A stretch of DNA of 64,000 bases, counting the filler, from Reclinomonas americana ATCC 50394 (taxonomy: Eukaryota): assembly GCA_048213135.1 (NCBI GenBank). It is 18 parts of 18 records of this genome, joined end to end, with 100 filler letters (N's around TTAATTAATTAA, not from the genome) between each part and the next. Parts side by side here need not be neighbours in the genome. Positions count along the whole stretch, not along the records: positions 1 to 3,371 come from AFZH01020463.1; positions 3,472 to 9,065 come from AFZH01020464.1; positions 9,166 to 14,370 come from AFZH01020466.1; 15 more parts are not named here. One strand, 5' to 3'. The position numbers and the translations under genes are program-made. Below are positions 1 through 12,500 of this stretch, one piece after another (position 1 is the stretch's first letter; every line of letters starts with the position of its first letter). Under the pieces are notes generated by a model. That model made no database searches. It saw only the letters and a list, made by a program, of their open reading frames with translations, and was not told where the DNA came from.

Positions 1-204
1 AGGTGGCTTTGCATCTTCCTCCTTCTCCACTTCTGCTGGCCGACGACGATGCACAGCGCGCACCACACAAAACTCATATTGTTCCTCGTCAGAGAGTCGC
101 ATCACTTGCTGCTCGAGAACAATTTGACTGTCTCCATCTGCACGAGGAGGCGGCGGAGCAGAGGCAGAGCCACTGCCTTCACCGCCACCGTCTTTGAAAC
201 CCAT
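1..204 (-). CDS. First exon of a tandem paralogue of the RING-TRAF-TLDc gene (runs off the window edge)
   Basis: 1-208 is clearly homologous to 2984-3200. Both read MGFKDGGGEGSGSAS...ADGDSQIVLEQQVMRL on the minus strand; ATG at 204. Confidence 0.75.
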   Translation of the reverse strand, partial: MGFKDGGGEGSGSASAPPPPRADGDSQIVLEQQVMRLSDEEQYEFCVVRAVHRRRPAEVEKEEDAKPP

Positions 205-466
205 TCTCCGTGAGGGAGAGATGAGAGACGGAGGACACCCGATGCAGGACGTCTTTTCTCCGACGTGAAGCCGCAATGCAGCAGGAACAACAGTCCGCGT
301 TGTGTGGGTTCTGTGCGACTGCTCAGCTGCCATCCCTGCTCTTGATAGTGAGATTCACAACGAGCGACAAAACACACTTGCATCTGTTCGCCAGCTTGGC
401 TGAGCATGCAAGATGCATGCAAGATGGATGTCACCTGAACGACCAGGGAGCACAGTGTTCTGTTAT

Positions 467-3197
467 TCACTCAACGAGGAACACTTCGTAGTCTGCCACT
501 TGAAAGTTCCGCGATCCCATCAGTGTCGTGTTGTCATATGCTCCACCGTCGGTTCTCTGATAGCTGCCAGGTCGGCCGAAGCTCTTGCTGCTGCTGTTGC
601 AGTTGTCATACAAGATAAGGTCGTAGCCACCTGCGAAGACTGGTCCGTATACAGCGTGGTGCCAAACGGCCTGCTGCTTCCTGTCACCCTTCAGTGAAAA
701 GCGTCGCGCACTTGCACCACTCCACGATGCCGAGAACAGGAAACTGGTGCCGGACGGATCGGCGACATAATCCCCACTCGATGTCCACGGCACAGGCGTG
801 TACCCGCCACACACACGTCCCGTCGACGACTTGACCACAGTCAGCGTCGCTCTGCAAGCAATCACACACTCGTCAGAAACCGAGTATATCACTCTCTCTC
901 CTCTTCCCTCAATCACTCACCCGTGATTGTCACATCGCTGATGGAACGTAGCCGCTGCAAATCCATCCCGACTGCCCTTGAACAGCAACGTCAATTTGGG
1001 AACACCCCCATAGCCTCCTCGCGCCTGTTGCACCCACTGCAGCACCACTCGTCCATCCGCCGCACTCAGCAGATCACTGTCGATCTTCCTCTCCGCCCGC
1101 TCTCGCTCCTCTCGTTCCCTGGCCTCACGCTCTCGCTCCTCCCGCTCTCTGGCTTGCCGTTCTCGCTCCTCCTGTTCTCTGGCTTGACGCTCCCGCTCAG
1201 CAGCCTCACGTTCCTGAATTACTCGTTCACGCATCTCCAATGGCTCGAGACGGGCGAGCAGCTGCAGATGAAAGCAACCGAGAGAATAAGGAGAAAATGC
1301 ACTCGAACGGTCCACTGACATTCACACGACAGACCTCAGCAACACCTCTTTCGAGAGATTCACGCATGCGCTGCTCTGCAGCAAGTTGCTCGCGAGTAGC
1401 TTGACTCTCAGCTTTCCTCGCCTGTTGCTCCGTGACAATGCGCTCATTTGCAGCTTGCAGCTCGTGTGCCAATCGCTCTTCGACAACCCGCCTCGCATCC
1501 TTCTCCTGTGCCAGCTGCTCCCTGCCTTCGGCCACCATTTGAGAGAGCTCTCGCACCCGACCATGCAGCTGTACACATAACCAATAGCCACATTAGCTGC
1601 TTAAATAACCAGCAGCATCCTCTGTCCACCATTCCAAACTCACCTCTCGCAGCGGTCGCTCCACTCGCAGCACGTCGCACACTCGCTCATGCTCCTCCCT
1701 TTCACCAACAATTCCACGCCAGGCACACCCCAGTTCACCACCACGACACACTGTGTGCTGCAGTCGGCACTCCGTTTCTGCCACCAAAGAACAATGAGAC
1801 ATAACCTTAGTGTCATTCACACTACTCTGCTCATCAAGCACACTCACCAAGATGCCTTTGCATCTCCGCCAGTGAACACTGCTGCTGACATCCACGCGGA
1901 CACACTCGCATGCACCCACTCCAGCTGTGCTCCACCATCTCACTCAGTGCCAATCGCACTCCACACCCGAGTGGACACTGGCGCATGCAGCCACTCCACT
2001 CATGCTCCGACGTGCGATCCAGTGTCATTTGCTGTCCGCATCTCTCGCATGCATACGGGCACTGCGTCAGGCCATGTGTGCGGTAATAGTCGCCCACCGT
2101 CTGTTCTCATCAACAGTGAGCGGAGAGGGAGAGAGAGGGAAAGAGAGGGAGAGAGAGCAAGAGAGGCTGAAGAAGAAGTGGACGATGGGAAGGTAGACAA
2201 GAGACAGAGAATTAGAGGATGCGAAGAGAACGGGACGCGACACCGAGAATGAGAGGGAAGGCAAGAGAGGGAGAGGGAGAGAATGCCACGGTGCAAAGAA
2301 AATGAGGAAATGAAACTTTGAAGATGGAGGAGAGAGAAAGACACCACGAGAAAGAAGAGAGAGAAAACACACAAACCATGGGTGCATGGCACAGTGGGCA
2401 TCTGATCTGCATTCTCACACACGTCGTCAGCAAAGCAAGGCATTTATCACGCACAACGAGCATCATCTCCCCACCTTCAAGTTGCCATAGATGACCACAT
2501 TCCGTCGCTGAGCCTCCTTCAGTGTGGCCAGCGATGTGACTCCATCGCCACACAGATCCGACCCGGCCTCTGTCACGTGCTCACTGCCACGCCACTCGTC
2601 ACATCACTGTGCATGACATGGAAGACCTTGCTTCTCCCTCTCGCACTCACCGACAGATGAAGTGCAGCTCGTGGGCACACAACACGAAATCCGGAGCACA
2701 CAGATCCTGTTGTTGCAACACAGAAGGGAAGTCATGTCACAATAAGCACGATGAAGCAGACAAAGGGTGATGGCATGCGCAACTCATGAACAAAGACTAT
2801 GCTCTCACTCTCTTCATGTTATGAGGATGTGTACATGACGTGGCGAGAGCGTGTGCTTCTCTCTCCCTTTCCCCTTCATTCTCTCTCTCTCTCTCTCTCT
2901 CATCCACTCACAAAAACACACTGGGCACACATACTCGTCCGCCATGATTCGTGTCTCCGCAGCGACATGCTCCATCCACAAACGAGGTGGCTTCTTGTCA
3001 TCCTCCTCCTTCTCCACTTCCGAGGGACGACGACGATGCACAGCGCGCACTACACAGAACTCATATTGTTCCTCGTCAGGGAGTCGCATCACTTGCTGCT
3101 CGAGAACAATCTGACTGTCTCCATCTGCACGAGGAGGAGGAGGAGGAGGAGCAGAGGCTGAGCCACTGCCTTCACCACCGCCGTCTTTGAATCCCAT
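467..3197 (-). CDS. Multi-exon protein: RING-like finger, TRAF-type zinc fingers, coiled coil, C-terminal TLDc domain
   Basis: Exons encode ADEYVCPVCF (RING start), CPYACERC..H..C.RQCPLGC..H..C.RVCPRGC and LGCAWRG..EEHERVC (TRAF-Zn), and an E/R-rich coiled coil. These are followed by TLDc hallmarks LLFKGSRDGFAAATFHQRCDNHG / TLTVVKS..GRVCGGYT / SFLFS / YGPVFAGGYDL / FQVADYEVF. GT-AG introns; RING exon boundaries not fully resolved. Confidence 0.8.
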
Positions 3198-3284
3198 TCT
3201 CAGTGAGAGAGATGCGAGAGGACATTGTTGCAGGACAACGCGAACTACGAAGTCGCGCATGCATGAGCACAACAGAGGTGACAC

Positions 3285-3315
<31 letters not shown>

Positions 3316-3339
3316 AGAGAAGAAGAGAAGAGAAGAAGA

Positions 3340-3371
<32 letters not shown>

Positions 3372-3471
3372 NNNNNNNNNNNNNNNNNNNNNNNNNNNNN
3401 NNNNNNNNNNNNNNNTTAATTAATTAANNNNNNNNNNNNNNNNNNNNNNNNNNNNNNNNNNNNNNNNNNNN
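3372..3471. other. Assembly gap linker (N-run, TTAATTAATTAA, N-run); first of 17
   Basis: The same 100-nt six-frame-stop linker also occurs near 9065, 14371, 19219, 20856, 22888, 32115, 33991, 36806, 38061, 45830, 50681, 53913, 55293, 56839, 58026 and 59444. Confidence 0.97.
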
Positions 3472-3728
3472 AGAAGAGACAACTCTGTTGCAGTGTTCCT
3501 CTCTCTCCTCTCTCGGTGTTGCTTCATGCAGTGTCTTGTCTGTGTACTGAGTGTCTCTGCGTCTTCGTCTCCCCTGTTGCTATGCTCTTCCCTCTTTTAT
3601 AGCTTCTCTTCATGATCGTACAGCGTGGCTTTCTTGCAGTCTTCTTTCATTTTTTCTCTCATTTTCTGTCGCTGATTGTTTGTTCCGCCTTTCTTGTCTT
3701 TGTCTCCGTTCCCTCTTCCTTCCTTCAG

Positions 3729-3908
3729 GCATGCCGGCAGAGAATGTCAAACAGCAGAGTTTGGTCTCTGTATCCACCACTTCATTCTCGTGTCTTGTCT
3801 CCGTCACCATTAATCCTTGCCTTCCCTTTGCTGTTCTCTCTCTCCCTCTCTTTCCATCTTTCGTCTCTCTTTCTCTCTCGCTCTCTCTCTCTCTCTGTTT
3901 CTCTCTCG

Positions 3909-3939
<31 letters not shown>

Positions 3940-6087
3940 CACACGTCTCCTTGTCTCTGCCACGTTTCACTTTCTTCTTGCCTCTCTCGATTCCCCGTGT
4001 CTCTGCCCCCTCACTTTGCTGATCTCCCTCACCCTCCCTCCCTCCAGCTCGACTCCCTCCACCACCAGCTCCTCAGCGACCCCGGCGCCAACGCCACCGC
4101 ATGGCGCCAACTCCTTGATGACGCCCTCTCCACAGACACCGGCCTGGCGAGTCGCTTGCTTCAGACCGCCGCCCTCGACCCCACCGATGCCGTGTTGGAT
4201 GCGTGCATCGACGCTCTCCGACCGCACTCGGCGTTGCAGCAGGCGGAGCGCGCGTTGTGTGCCGAGCTCGGCCGTGTGCTGGCCCCCACGGTGGAGACGC
4301 CAGACTTTTCCGCGTCGTGGTCCCGCGCCGTGCATCGGCAACCCATTCCCACCGACACGAAAGCGCCTGCATCACCACCACCACCACCACCAACGACATT
4401 TGCATGCTTGTCGGGCGGGCCGTTTGCGCGGCGGCCGCCCCGTGTGGCGCGCACCGCCGACGACATTGTGCCGCTGTTGCGTCAGTATGCCACGACAGCT
4501 GCGTCGGTGGCGGAGGCATCGCCGACGCGCGATCCGTTGCTGCCACTGGTGCGCTTGCATGTCGGTACTGCGGCGACGCACGAGACTGCCGTGGTGGAGA
4601 GGGAAGCGGTGCTGCGTGGCCCCAGGTGAGTTGGGGAGGGGGTAGGGGGGGAGAGAGAGAGAGAGGGAGAGAGAGTGAGGGCACGCGAACAAATTCCTGC
4701 TAGTCACAGAAGCCCTCCACCTGATGCGCTCGGGGACGGGGAGCACATTGCCCGCATGTGTAAGACTTCTTGATTCGTTCTTCTGCTCCCGCTCTCCTTG
4801 CATGCACCGGGAAGGGAAGTCATTCTGCTCAATTGAGCCTCTCCTCGCACGCTTCTGTCACACGTTATATCTTCTTCGTTCATTATTGTGCTCCTTCAAT
4901 ATTGTGCTCCCTTCTCCTGGCTTACACGGAAGAGATGTCCATCATCAGTCAATCGCGAGGATCTTATTCATTTGTTGATTTGCTCCTCTCTCGTTGCATG
5001 CACGAGAAAGGAATGCCGCAGTCAATCACACTCATTGTCTTCTTCATTTGTTGTCTTGCTCCCTCTCCCCCATTTGTGACGTGAAGCCAATTGTCAGTCA
5101 CACTCAACAGCTTATGTTTTCATTCTTCTTTTCACTTTCTCCTCTCCAGTCTGCTCTCTCCCGAATCTCTCGACGTTGCGCGCGCGGTGTCGCCGGATTC
5201 GCGACAGCAGGACATGGTACCGTCTGCACGGGCGAGCAAGCTCGCCGCCGCTGTCGGAGTTGTTGCCTGCGGGAGGTGAGTCAGAATGCAGCTGTGCTCG
5301 TTCTTTCCTGTGTTCACTCCGTATTCTGTGCGCAGTGCGAGTACGCCAGCGCCAGGAATGGCATGGCCGACCAGTGAGGTGCGTCTGTTTGCAGTTGCTT
5401 GAGCACGACTCTCCGACTCACTCATTTGTGGGATTCACAGTTGTCCGCCACAACAGCGAATCAGATGGCTGCTGCGCTTGGCGGTGCGGCGGATGGCAAT
5501 CTCGTGCGCGTGCCACTCGATCTCCTCAGTGAGCACGCGTCACTGGAGGAGGGACGCGCGGTGGTTGCAGCTGCGGCAGGTGTGTAATGGATGGAGACAG
5601 CCCTTGATCCCTCCCTTCCCTCCCTTCTCCCTTCCCCTCACATCTCCATTCCCTCTCTTCTCTTTCCCCTTATTCCTCCTACCTTTTTTCTCCCTTCCCT
5701 TTTTCTCCCTTATCTTCCTCCCTTCTCCCTTCCCTCCCTTTCGGTCTCTTTGCGCTGACACTTTGCCCATCACCAGTCGACGCCGCCGCCTCTGCCGTCA
5801 CCTCACACATCAGTGGCGAGCTGCAGAACGAATTTGCCCGTCAGCTGGTCAACGCAAGAGACCAAATCTCCCGCATGGAGGCCACGGCCCGCGAGCCAGT
5901 AACCGAAGCAGAGCTGCAGACTGCGCGAGCAGCTTGTGCACAGGCCGACGACGAAGACCGCGCCATTGTGCAGCAGGTGCTACCATTCATGGCCTCCTTT
6001 TGCTGCACACAGCCACTCACTCGTCGCTCGCAGGAGACCGCGGCATTCGTGCAATGGTTAAGACAGGAACAGCACCTCATTCCATGA
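3729..6087 (+). CDS. Multi-exon hypothetical protein (start uncertain)
   Basis: GC-rich coding-like exons at about 4048-4626, 5150-5276, 5441-5579 and 5845-6087, bounded by AG/GT; no recognisable domain. Confidence 0.5.
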
Positions 6088-6242
6088 ATCCGTCGGTCAT
6101 CTATGACAGCTGGGCTGGCCTGCGGGGAGCAAGAGAGACGGATGATCCACCAAACATGTTTCAATGTGACGCTCCCAGTGTGCTAGAAAAAAGATACAGC
6201 AAAGCTGCAAGGAAAGAAAGTGAAAGTCTCCCTCAGCCCCCA

Positions 6243-8805
6243 TCACCGGAAACGCAGTCGTCGGTGTGCCTCGTCGTCATCGTCGCCATTCCACTCCACG
6301 CCACCATCGTCGTCGTCGCTGGCGGTGCGAGGTGGGGCGCGCGCTGCGCTCGACGGGGTCTCGTTGAGGATGCGGTGCAGCTGCAGTTCTCGCCGCTCTC
6401 GCTCCAAATCGTTGCGCATGCGGGCGACCTCGTTGCGCTGCAAGTCCAACTGGCGTGCCTCGGCCAGCAGGCGCTCGCGCTCATCGTGCAAATGCGCCTC
6501 GCGGTCAGTCAACAGCTTCTCGCGCGCCAGGTCGAATGGCCTTTGGATATCAAGTGAGACTCTTTGCTTGCATGCAACGAGTGAGAAAGAAGACGCAACG
6601 AAGATGGTCCACCACGATTGGCGGCCCCCAGACCGCCGCCCGGCGTGCTCAAGATCTTGGCCACATCGTACGGGTCGGTGATGCCGTCGGCGGAGGACAG
6701 CATGAGTTGCAGCAGGCGCTCCTGCTCGCGAATAATGGTGACATAGTCGCCTGCCACATTTCATCAGTCGATTGCTCGCACTTCCCTTCTCCCCACATAC
6801 AACGCAACGAAGTTTGCTCTGCACGGCGGGGTCGGTGACAGACGGGGAGCCGACGCCGCGCGACGCCGACATCGTGAGCACGGCCGTCAGCAGCGGATCC
6901 GAGTCGGAGCCGGAGGAGCGAATGTCGCGGGCGGGCGTCACCGGTGTGGATGGCGAGGCGAGCGACGAGGAGGCGGCGGCGCTTGCTCTGCTACCCTCCA
7001 GTTCTCGCACGCGGACGCGCAGCTTCTCCAGCTGTTCGTGCATGGATGATTCGCGGCTGGCCATCAGTTCGTAGGGGAGGGTGAAGACGCCGGAGGGGGT
7101 GGCTGAGCGGAGGCGTCTCGGGAGCTGCAAGGAGGGAAGGGGAAGGGTGGGTGAAGGGAAGGGAGGGGGAAGGGAAAGGGGGAGAAGGGGGAGAAGGGAA
7201 AGGGGAGGGGGAATGGAAGGGGGGAAAAGGTGAAGCAAAAGGAGAGAAGGGAAAGAAGGAAGGGAAAGGGAGAAAGGAAAGCAGGAAGCGAAAGGGAAAG
7301 ATCGGTAGGCATACGAGCTGTCAGCTAAAGAACAACACAATCAGGTGCACAGACAGACTGACAGACATTTTGAGTTATTCAGCGAGAAAGGAAGAACAGA
7401 GAAAGGGAGGGAGAGAGACAGAGAAGGGCGTATTTTGAAGGGAAGTCAGAAAAAGGGACGGGGAAAGGGGGATGTGGGTGAGACGAGGGAAGGGAGCGCA
7501 GATGTAGTAAGCATACGACAACATTCATATCCGGTGCGTAAACAGACTGACAGACACTTCAGTCATTCAGCGAGAGAAAGAAAGAAGAGAGATAGGGAGA
7601 GAGAGAGAGAAGGTGAAAGTAGGAGAGAGCGGAAGTGAGCAATAAGAGAGAGAGTGGGAGAGAAGAGCTACAGACAGAAAGAGAGAGTGAAACGGAGAGA
7701 GAAAGAAAGAGAGACAGTCAGAGAGAGTGCAAGAGGGTATGCCTTTCGCAAGTTCCTCTAGTCTGTGCATGTCTTCTTGCTTACTTGAATGCTTCCCATC
7801 TTAACAGGCAAGTGCGACGGAGAGAGAAAGAGAAAGAGCGACAACCGGCGAGAGTGAAAGAGGAAATGCCTTTCGCAGGCTCTTTCTGTCTGTTTTCGCA
7901 TCTTCTTGCTCACTTGAATACTTCCCCTCGTACCAGAGGGAGAGAGAGTGAGGGACACAGCCAGAGAGACTGAAAGAGAGAACGGCATTCGCGGGCTCTT
8001 TCTGTCTGTATACGAATCTTCTTGCCTACTTGAATACCTCCCCTCTTTGCAAGCAAGTGCGATGGAGAGAGACAGACAGACAGAGAGAGATGGAGAGAGG
8101 TGGAGAAAGTCGGAGCGACAGCCAGAGAGATTCGTCACTCGCAGCTCTTTCTTCTTCTTACTTGAATACTTCCCTTCTTAGCAAGCAAATGAGATGATGG
8201 TGCGTATCCCTCAGTGTCGTGTCAGACTGTTTGCCTGCGTGCTATTCACCCAGCTGCTTGCGGTGTGCGTCTCTCTCTCCCCCTCTCCCTCCCTCCATAC
8301 GCAACATTGCGCACGGCCGACTTGGGCTCCAACCGCATCACCTCCTCCACCAGCAAGTCAATGTGCTCCTGCAGTTGCTGCACATCGGCCCGCAGGCTCT
8401 TGTTCTCGTCAATCAGCTCGTTCTGCCGATCCTCGTAGGTGCGGACAATGTGCGTGAACATGTCGTGCTGCACTCTCACAGGTAAGCACCTCTTCACGCA
8501 AAGACATGTACAGCGACAGAATCACCTGCTGCGACTCGGCGCTGACCGGAATCGCCGTACCACCCAGCGATGCTCGCGGACCGGCGGACGGCGCACCGGA
8601 GGGCGACAGTGGCTTCGGGTTGATGACGATTTCGGAGCCGAGGTTGGCGACGACGCCGGCGGAGCCCGGGCGCATGGAGCTGCGCAGGGTAGTGGAGGAG
8701 GATGAGGTGGATTGAGAGGTGGTGCCGCTGGCGCCACGCAGGGCCGAGTTGAGACGGTCGCGGAGGCGAGTGTATTCTTGTTCTTGCTTCCGGGCGTTGA
8801 CCTTG
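6243..8805 (-). CDS. Multi-exon coiled-coil protein (5' end lost in a gap)
   Basis: Exons such as HDMFTHIVRTYEDRQNELIDENKSLRADVQQLQEHIDLLVEEV, MHEQLEKLRVRVRELE and DLAREKLLTDREAHLHDERERLLAEARQLDLQRNEV show heptad patterns; stop near 6243. Confidence 0.6.
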
Positions 8806-9564
8806 CAGAGGGGAAAGGGGGTGTGATGGGGGAAGGAGAGGGGAGGGGGGGGGAAGGGGAAAGGGGAAGGGATGGAAAGGGAAAGGAGAAGGGGGAAGGG
8901 AGGGAAAGGTGAAGGGAGAAGGGAGGGAAAGGAGAAGGGAGGGAAAGGAGAAGGGAGAGTAGAGGTAATGAAAGGATGGGGAAAGGGAGAGGAGGAGGAA
9001 GAGAGAGAGAGAGAGAGATACTTGAAGGAAAGAAGATGGAGAGAGAGAGAGAGAGAGAGAGAGTANNNNNNNNNNNNNNNNNNNNNNNNNNNNNNNNNNN
9101 NNNNNNNNNTTAATTAATTAANNNNNNNNNNNNNNNNNNNNNNNNNNNNNNNNNNNNNNNNNNNNTCCTCCTCCTCTCTCAGTCTCTCTTCCTCGCACAC
9201 ACACACACATACATACACACACACACTCACACACTTTCGCACACACATTACACAATTTCCTTCTCTTTCCAATCTCTTGTCTCTCCATCACACACTTGCA
9301 CTCTCTTCTCCCTTACCCTGCACTGCACTCTCCCTGCACCCACTCATGCTCTCTCCAACTCTCCACATTGTGTAAACACGCATCTTGACCTCCTCTTCCT
9401 TTCACTCTCTCTCTCTGTGTGTGTCACACACGCAACTCTCCACCACATCATGCGCGGCATACTCTCGCACACACGCTGCCTCGTCGCCCATCGCGCTCTC
9501 TCTCACTCCCACTCAGTCGATTTTGACAGGTTTTGGCGGGTTTTTCTAGTTTACATAAGCGTTA

Positions 9565-12500
9565 TCATTCTTCGTCAATCATGACTGTGTAGGAGACGGG
9601 AGCGGCGGCGGGTGCAGATAGTGCGGAGGTGCTGGTGGCTCCGCTGGGTGGAGAGGTGGTGGTGGTGATGGAGGAGGCGGAGATGGCGCGGTCGCGGAGG
9701 TATCTCCTGTAAATTAAATACATGTGTGAGCTACATTATCGTGAGAGTTTCTCTGCTCCCTTGCCCTCCTCTCCCTCGTCATCCTCCAAGAGAGAAGGAA
9801 AGCAGAGAAGAGACGGAAAGAAGAAGAGAAAAGCGAAGTGAAGCGAAGTGAATGGAAGTGAAGACACGCAAAGAGAAACAAAGAAAGCAAAGAGATGCAA
9901 ATAGAGGCGAAGAGAGGCGAAGAGAAGCAAAGAGACGAGAAGAAACGCAGAGAGAAGCAAAGAGAAGCGAAGAGCAGAGATGAGACAGATGAGAACAGAA
10001 CACAACGAGCTCCCATCGATCCCTTGCACATGGAACTCTTACCCCTCGCCTATTTCATTCTTTCCCTCTCCATTGTTCTCCTACATCTTGCCCTCCTGTA
10101 TCTTGCCTTCTTCAGCCTTTAGAGAAGAGAAGGGAAAAGAAAATAAGAGGAAAAGAGACGAGAATATCAGGGATGACAAGTAAAGAGAACGAGGAGTGCT
10201 TCCTTGCCCACTTCGGGAAGAGGAGAGAAGAGAACAGAAAAAAAGGAAGAGTATCCCTTGCCCTTTTCCTCTTCTTTTGACATCCGCTTCACTTGCCCTC
10301 CTCTCCATTAACAGACAAGAACGGAAGAGGAGAGAGGACAAGAGAACAGAAGACGAGAGTATCCCTTGTCCCATTTCCCTTGCCCTCCTTTTCACTAACA
10401 GAGAAAGAGAAAAGGAGAGAAGAGAAGGGGTGAAAAGATCGGAACAATGATGAACAGAGAAGAAAAGAGAACAACAGAGAGGTGAGAGAGAGAGAAGAGA
10501 GGAGAAGTAAAGAGAAGAGTTGAGGAGAAAAACGCATCCGCCCACTCCCAGTCGTTCTGTCATACAATCCCTTCCCCTTTCCCTTCCTCCCTTGCCCTCC
10601 CTCCCTTCCCCTTTACCCCTTCCCCCTTTGCCCACTCACCTCCTCAGCACCACCACCACCGCAACAATCACAAACAACGCAGCGGCCAGACCCGTCCCAA
10701 TCACCAAAATCATGCTCAACGACAAGTGCCGCGCCTCGGGGAAACCTTGCGTACACACACACCCTCATAAGAAAATCCTCCCCATTTTCTCCCGCCACCC
10801 TTCCCGCTTTCAAACCTCCTCCCGTAATCACACGCCGATTCTCACTTGGAATGCCAATTCCGAAGCCGTTCTCGGCGCGCACATTGACAATGTACGACGT
10901 GCCGGGTTTGAGGCCAGCCACTTGATTGGAGAGCGCTGACACGCGAACCGTCTTTGGCTCCGCGCCGCCCAGCTCCGGCATGTAGGTCACCCAGTAGGCG
11001 GTGATTTGCGACAGCCCAATGTACGACGGCGGCGCCCAGGACACCGCAAAGGACTCGTCGCTGGTCTCCACCTCGTGCAGCTGCATCGGTGCGGCGGGCT
11101 CGGCGGCTGTAATCAGGAAAGGGGTGAAAAAGGCGCATGCGAAAACAGGAGCGCGCAATCCACGCAACTCATGGTCCGCTGCAGCGCCATGCGCTCACTG
11201 ACGGGCCCGAGGCGACCGAGGGCATCGCGCGGAATGACGCGCACCTCGTAGAACGTCTGCGGTCGCAAAAAGGCGAGCATGGTGCACGCGCATCCGGCAA
11301 CGACCTTGACGTGCAGCTCACTGCCCTCCTCAAACGACTCCAGGCCAATCATGCGCTCCAGCAGCGGGAAGTACACCACCTGCATGGAGAGTGAGGGATG
11401 GGAGAGCGGGGGAAGAATAAGCGGTGCACGAACCAAGTAATCCGCGGCACCCGGCACTGGCTGCCATTGGATCTCGAAAAAGTCACCTTGAGAATGAGTG
11501 AGGACGAGGTCTTGTGGTTGCAACAATGCTGCAGAACGAAGAAAAATGTGAGTTGCAAGCGCTGGGCAAGGGGAAGGCAAAACACTCAACTCGAATCGGC
11601 CACCGGCGGGAACTGCACAAAGAGGAATTTGGACGGAATGCTCTCGCCCACCTCGGTGCGCCCCACAACCCACAGGCGCGCAAAGCTGCCCGGAACCATG
11701 CGCTCTGCGTGACAGAGAGAGTGAGGACGAACAACCACAAAAAATCACTTGCCCTCAATCACAGTACCAAGAGAGACCACTCGATCTGCCGCCGGCGTGA
11801 CGCGCTCCTGAATCGGCATCATCATCGTTCCAGACACCACCTGACCGCGCACCACAAAGTCCTTGAGCGGTGGCATGGCCGTCACCGCCGCGGCCGCCCA
11901 TGTGAGCGTGGCGCCCTCGGAGTGCAAATCGCGCAGCGCGAGTTCCTCGGGCGGGCCGGGAAGCTGACCGGTGCGCACCAGATTGTTGGCGCCATTGTCG
12001 ACGGCCGCGTCATTGACAAATGTGGCGGCACGGGTGGCCGTGCCCACAGTGTTGATGGCGCGGACCTGTCGCAAGAAGGAAGGGGGGGAAGAAAGATGAG
12101 CAAGGAGAAAGAACGCAGTGACGTGCGGGGAGAAGAAGGAAACGCAGTGACGTGCGCGGGGCAAAAGGAAAACGCAGTGACGTGAGGAGCAGAAGGAAAC
12201 GCAGTGACGTGCGATAAGCAGAAGGAACGCAGTGACGTGCGCGGAGCAGAAGGAAACGCAGTGACGTGCGACAAGCAGAAGGAAACGCAGTGACGTGCGA
12301 CAAGCAGAAGGAACGCAGTGACGTGCGACAAGCAGAAGGAACGCAGTGACGTGCGACAAGCAGAAGGAAACGCGCTGACGTGCGATAAGCAGAAGGAACG
12401 CAGTGACGTGCGACAAGCAGAAGGAACGCAGTGACGTGCGACAAGCAGAAGGAACGCAGTGACGTGCGACAACAAGCAGAAGGAAACGCGCTGACGTGCG

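Noticed and set aside
6760..6812. PHD-like zinc finger CVVCGEKGSASNRLMKC in ORF 6243..7340
   Set aside because: It falls inside a predicted GTTGCG...CAG intron; splicing gives SKLR-DYVTIIRE and removes the cysteines.
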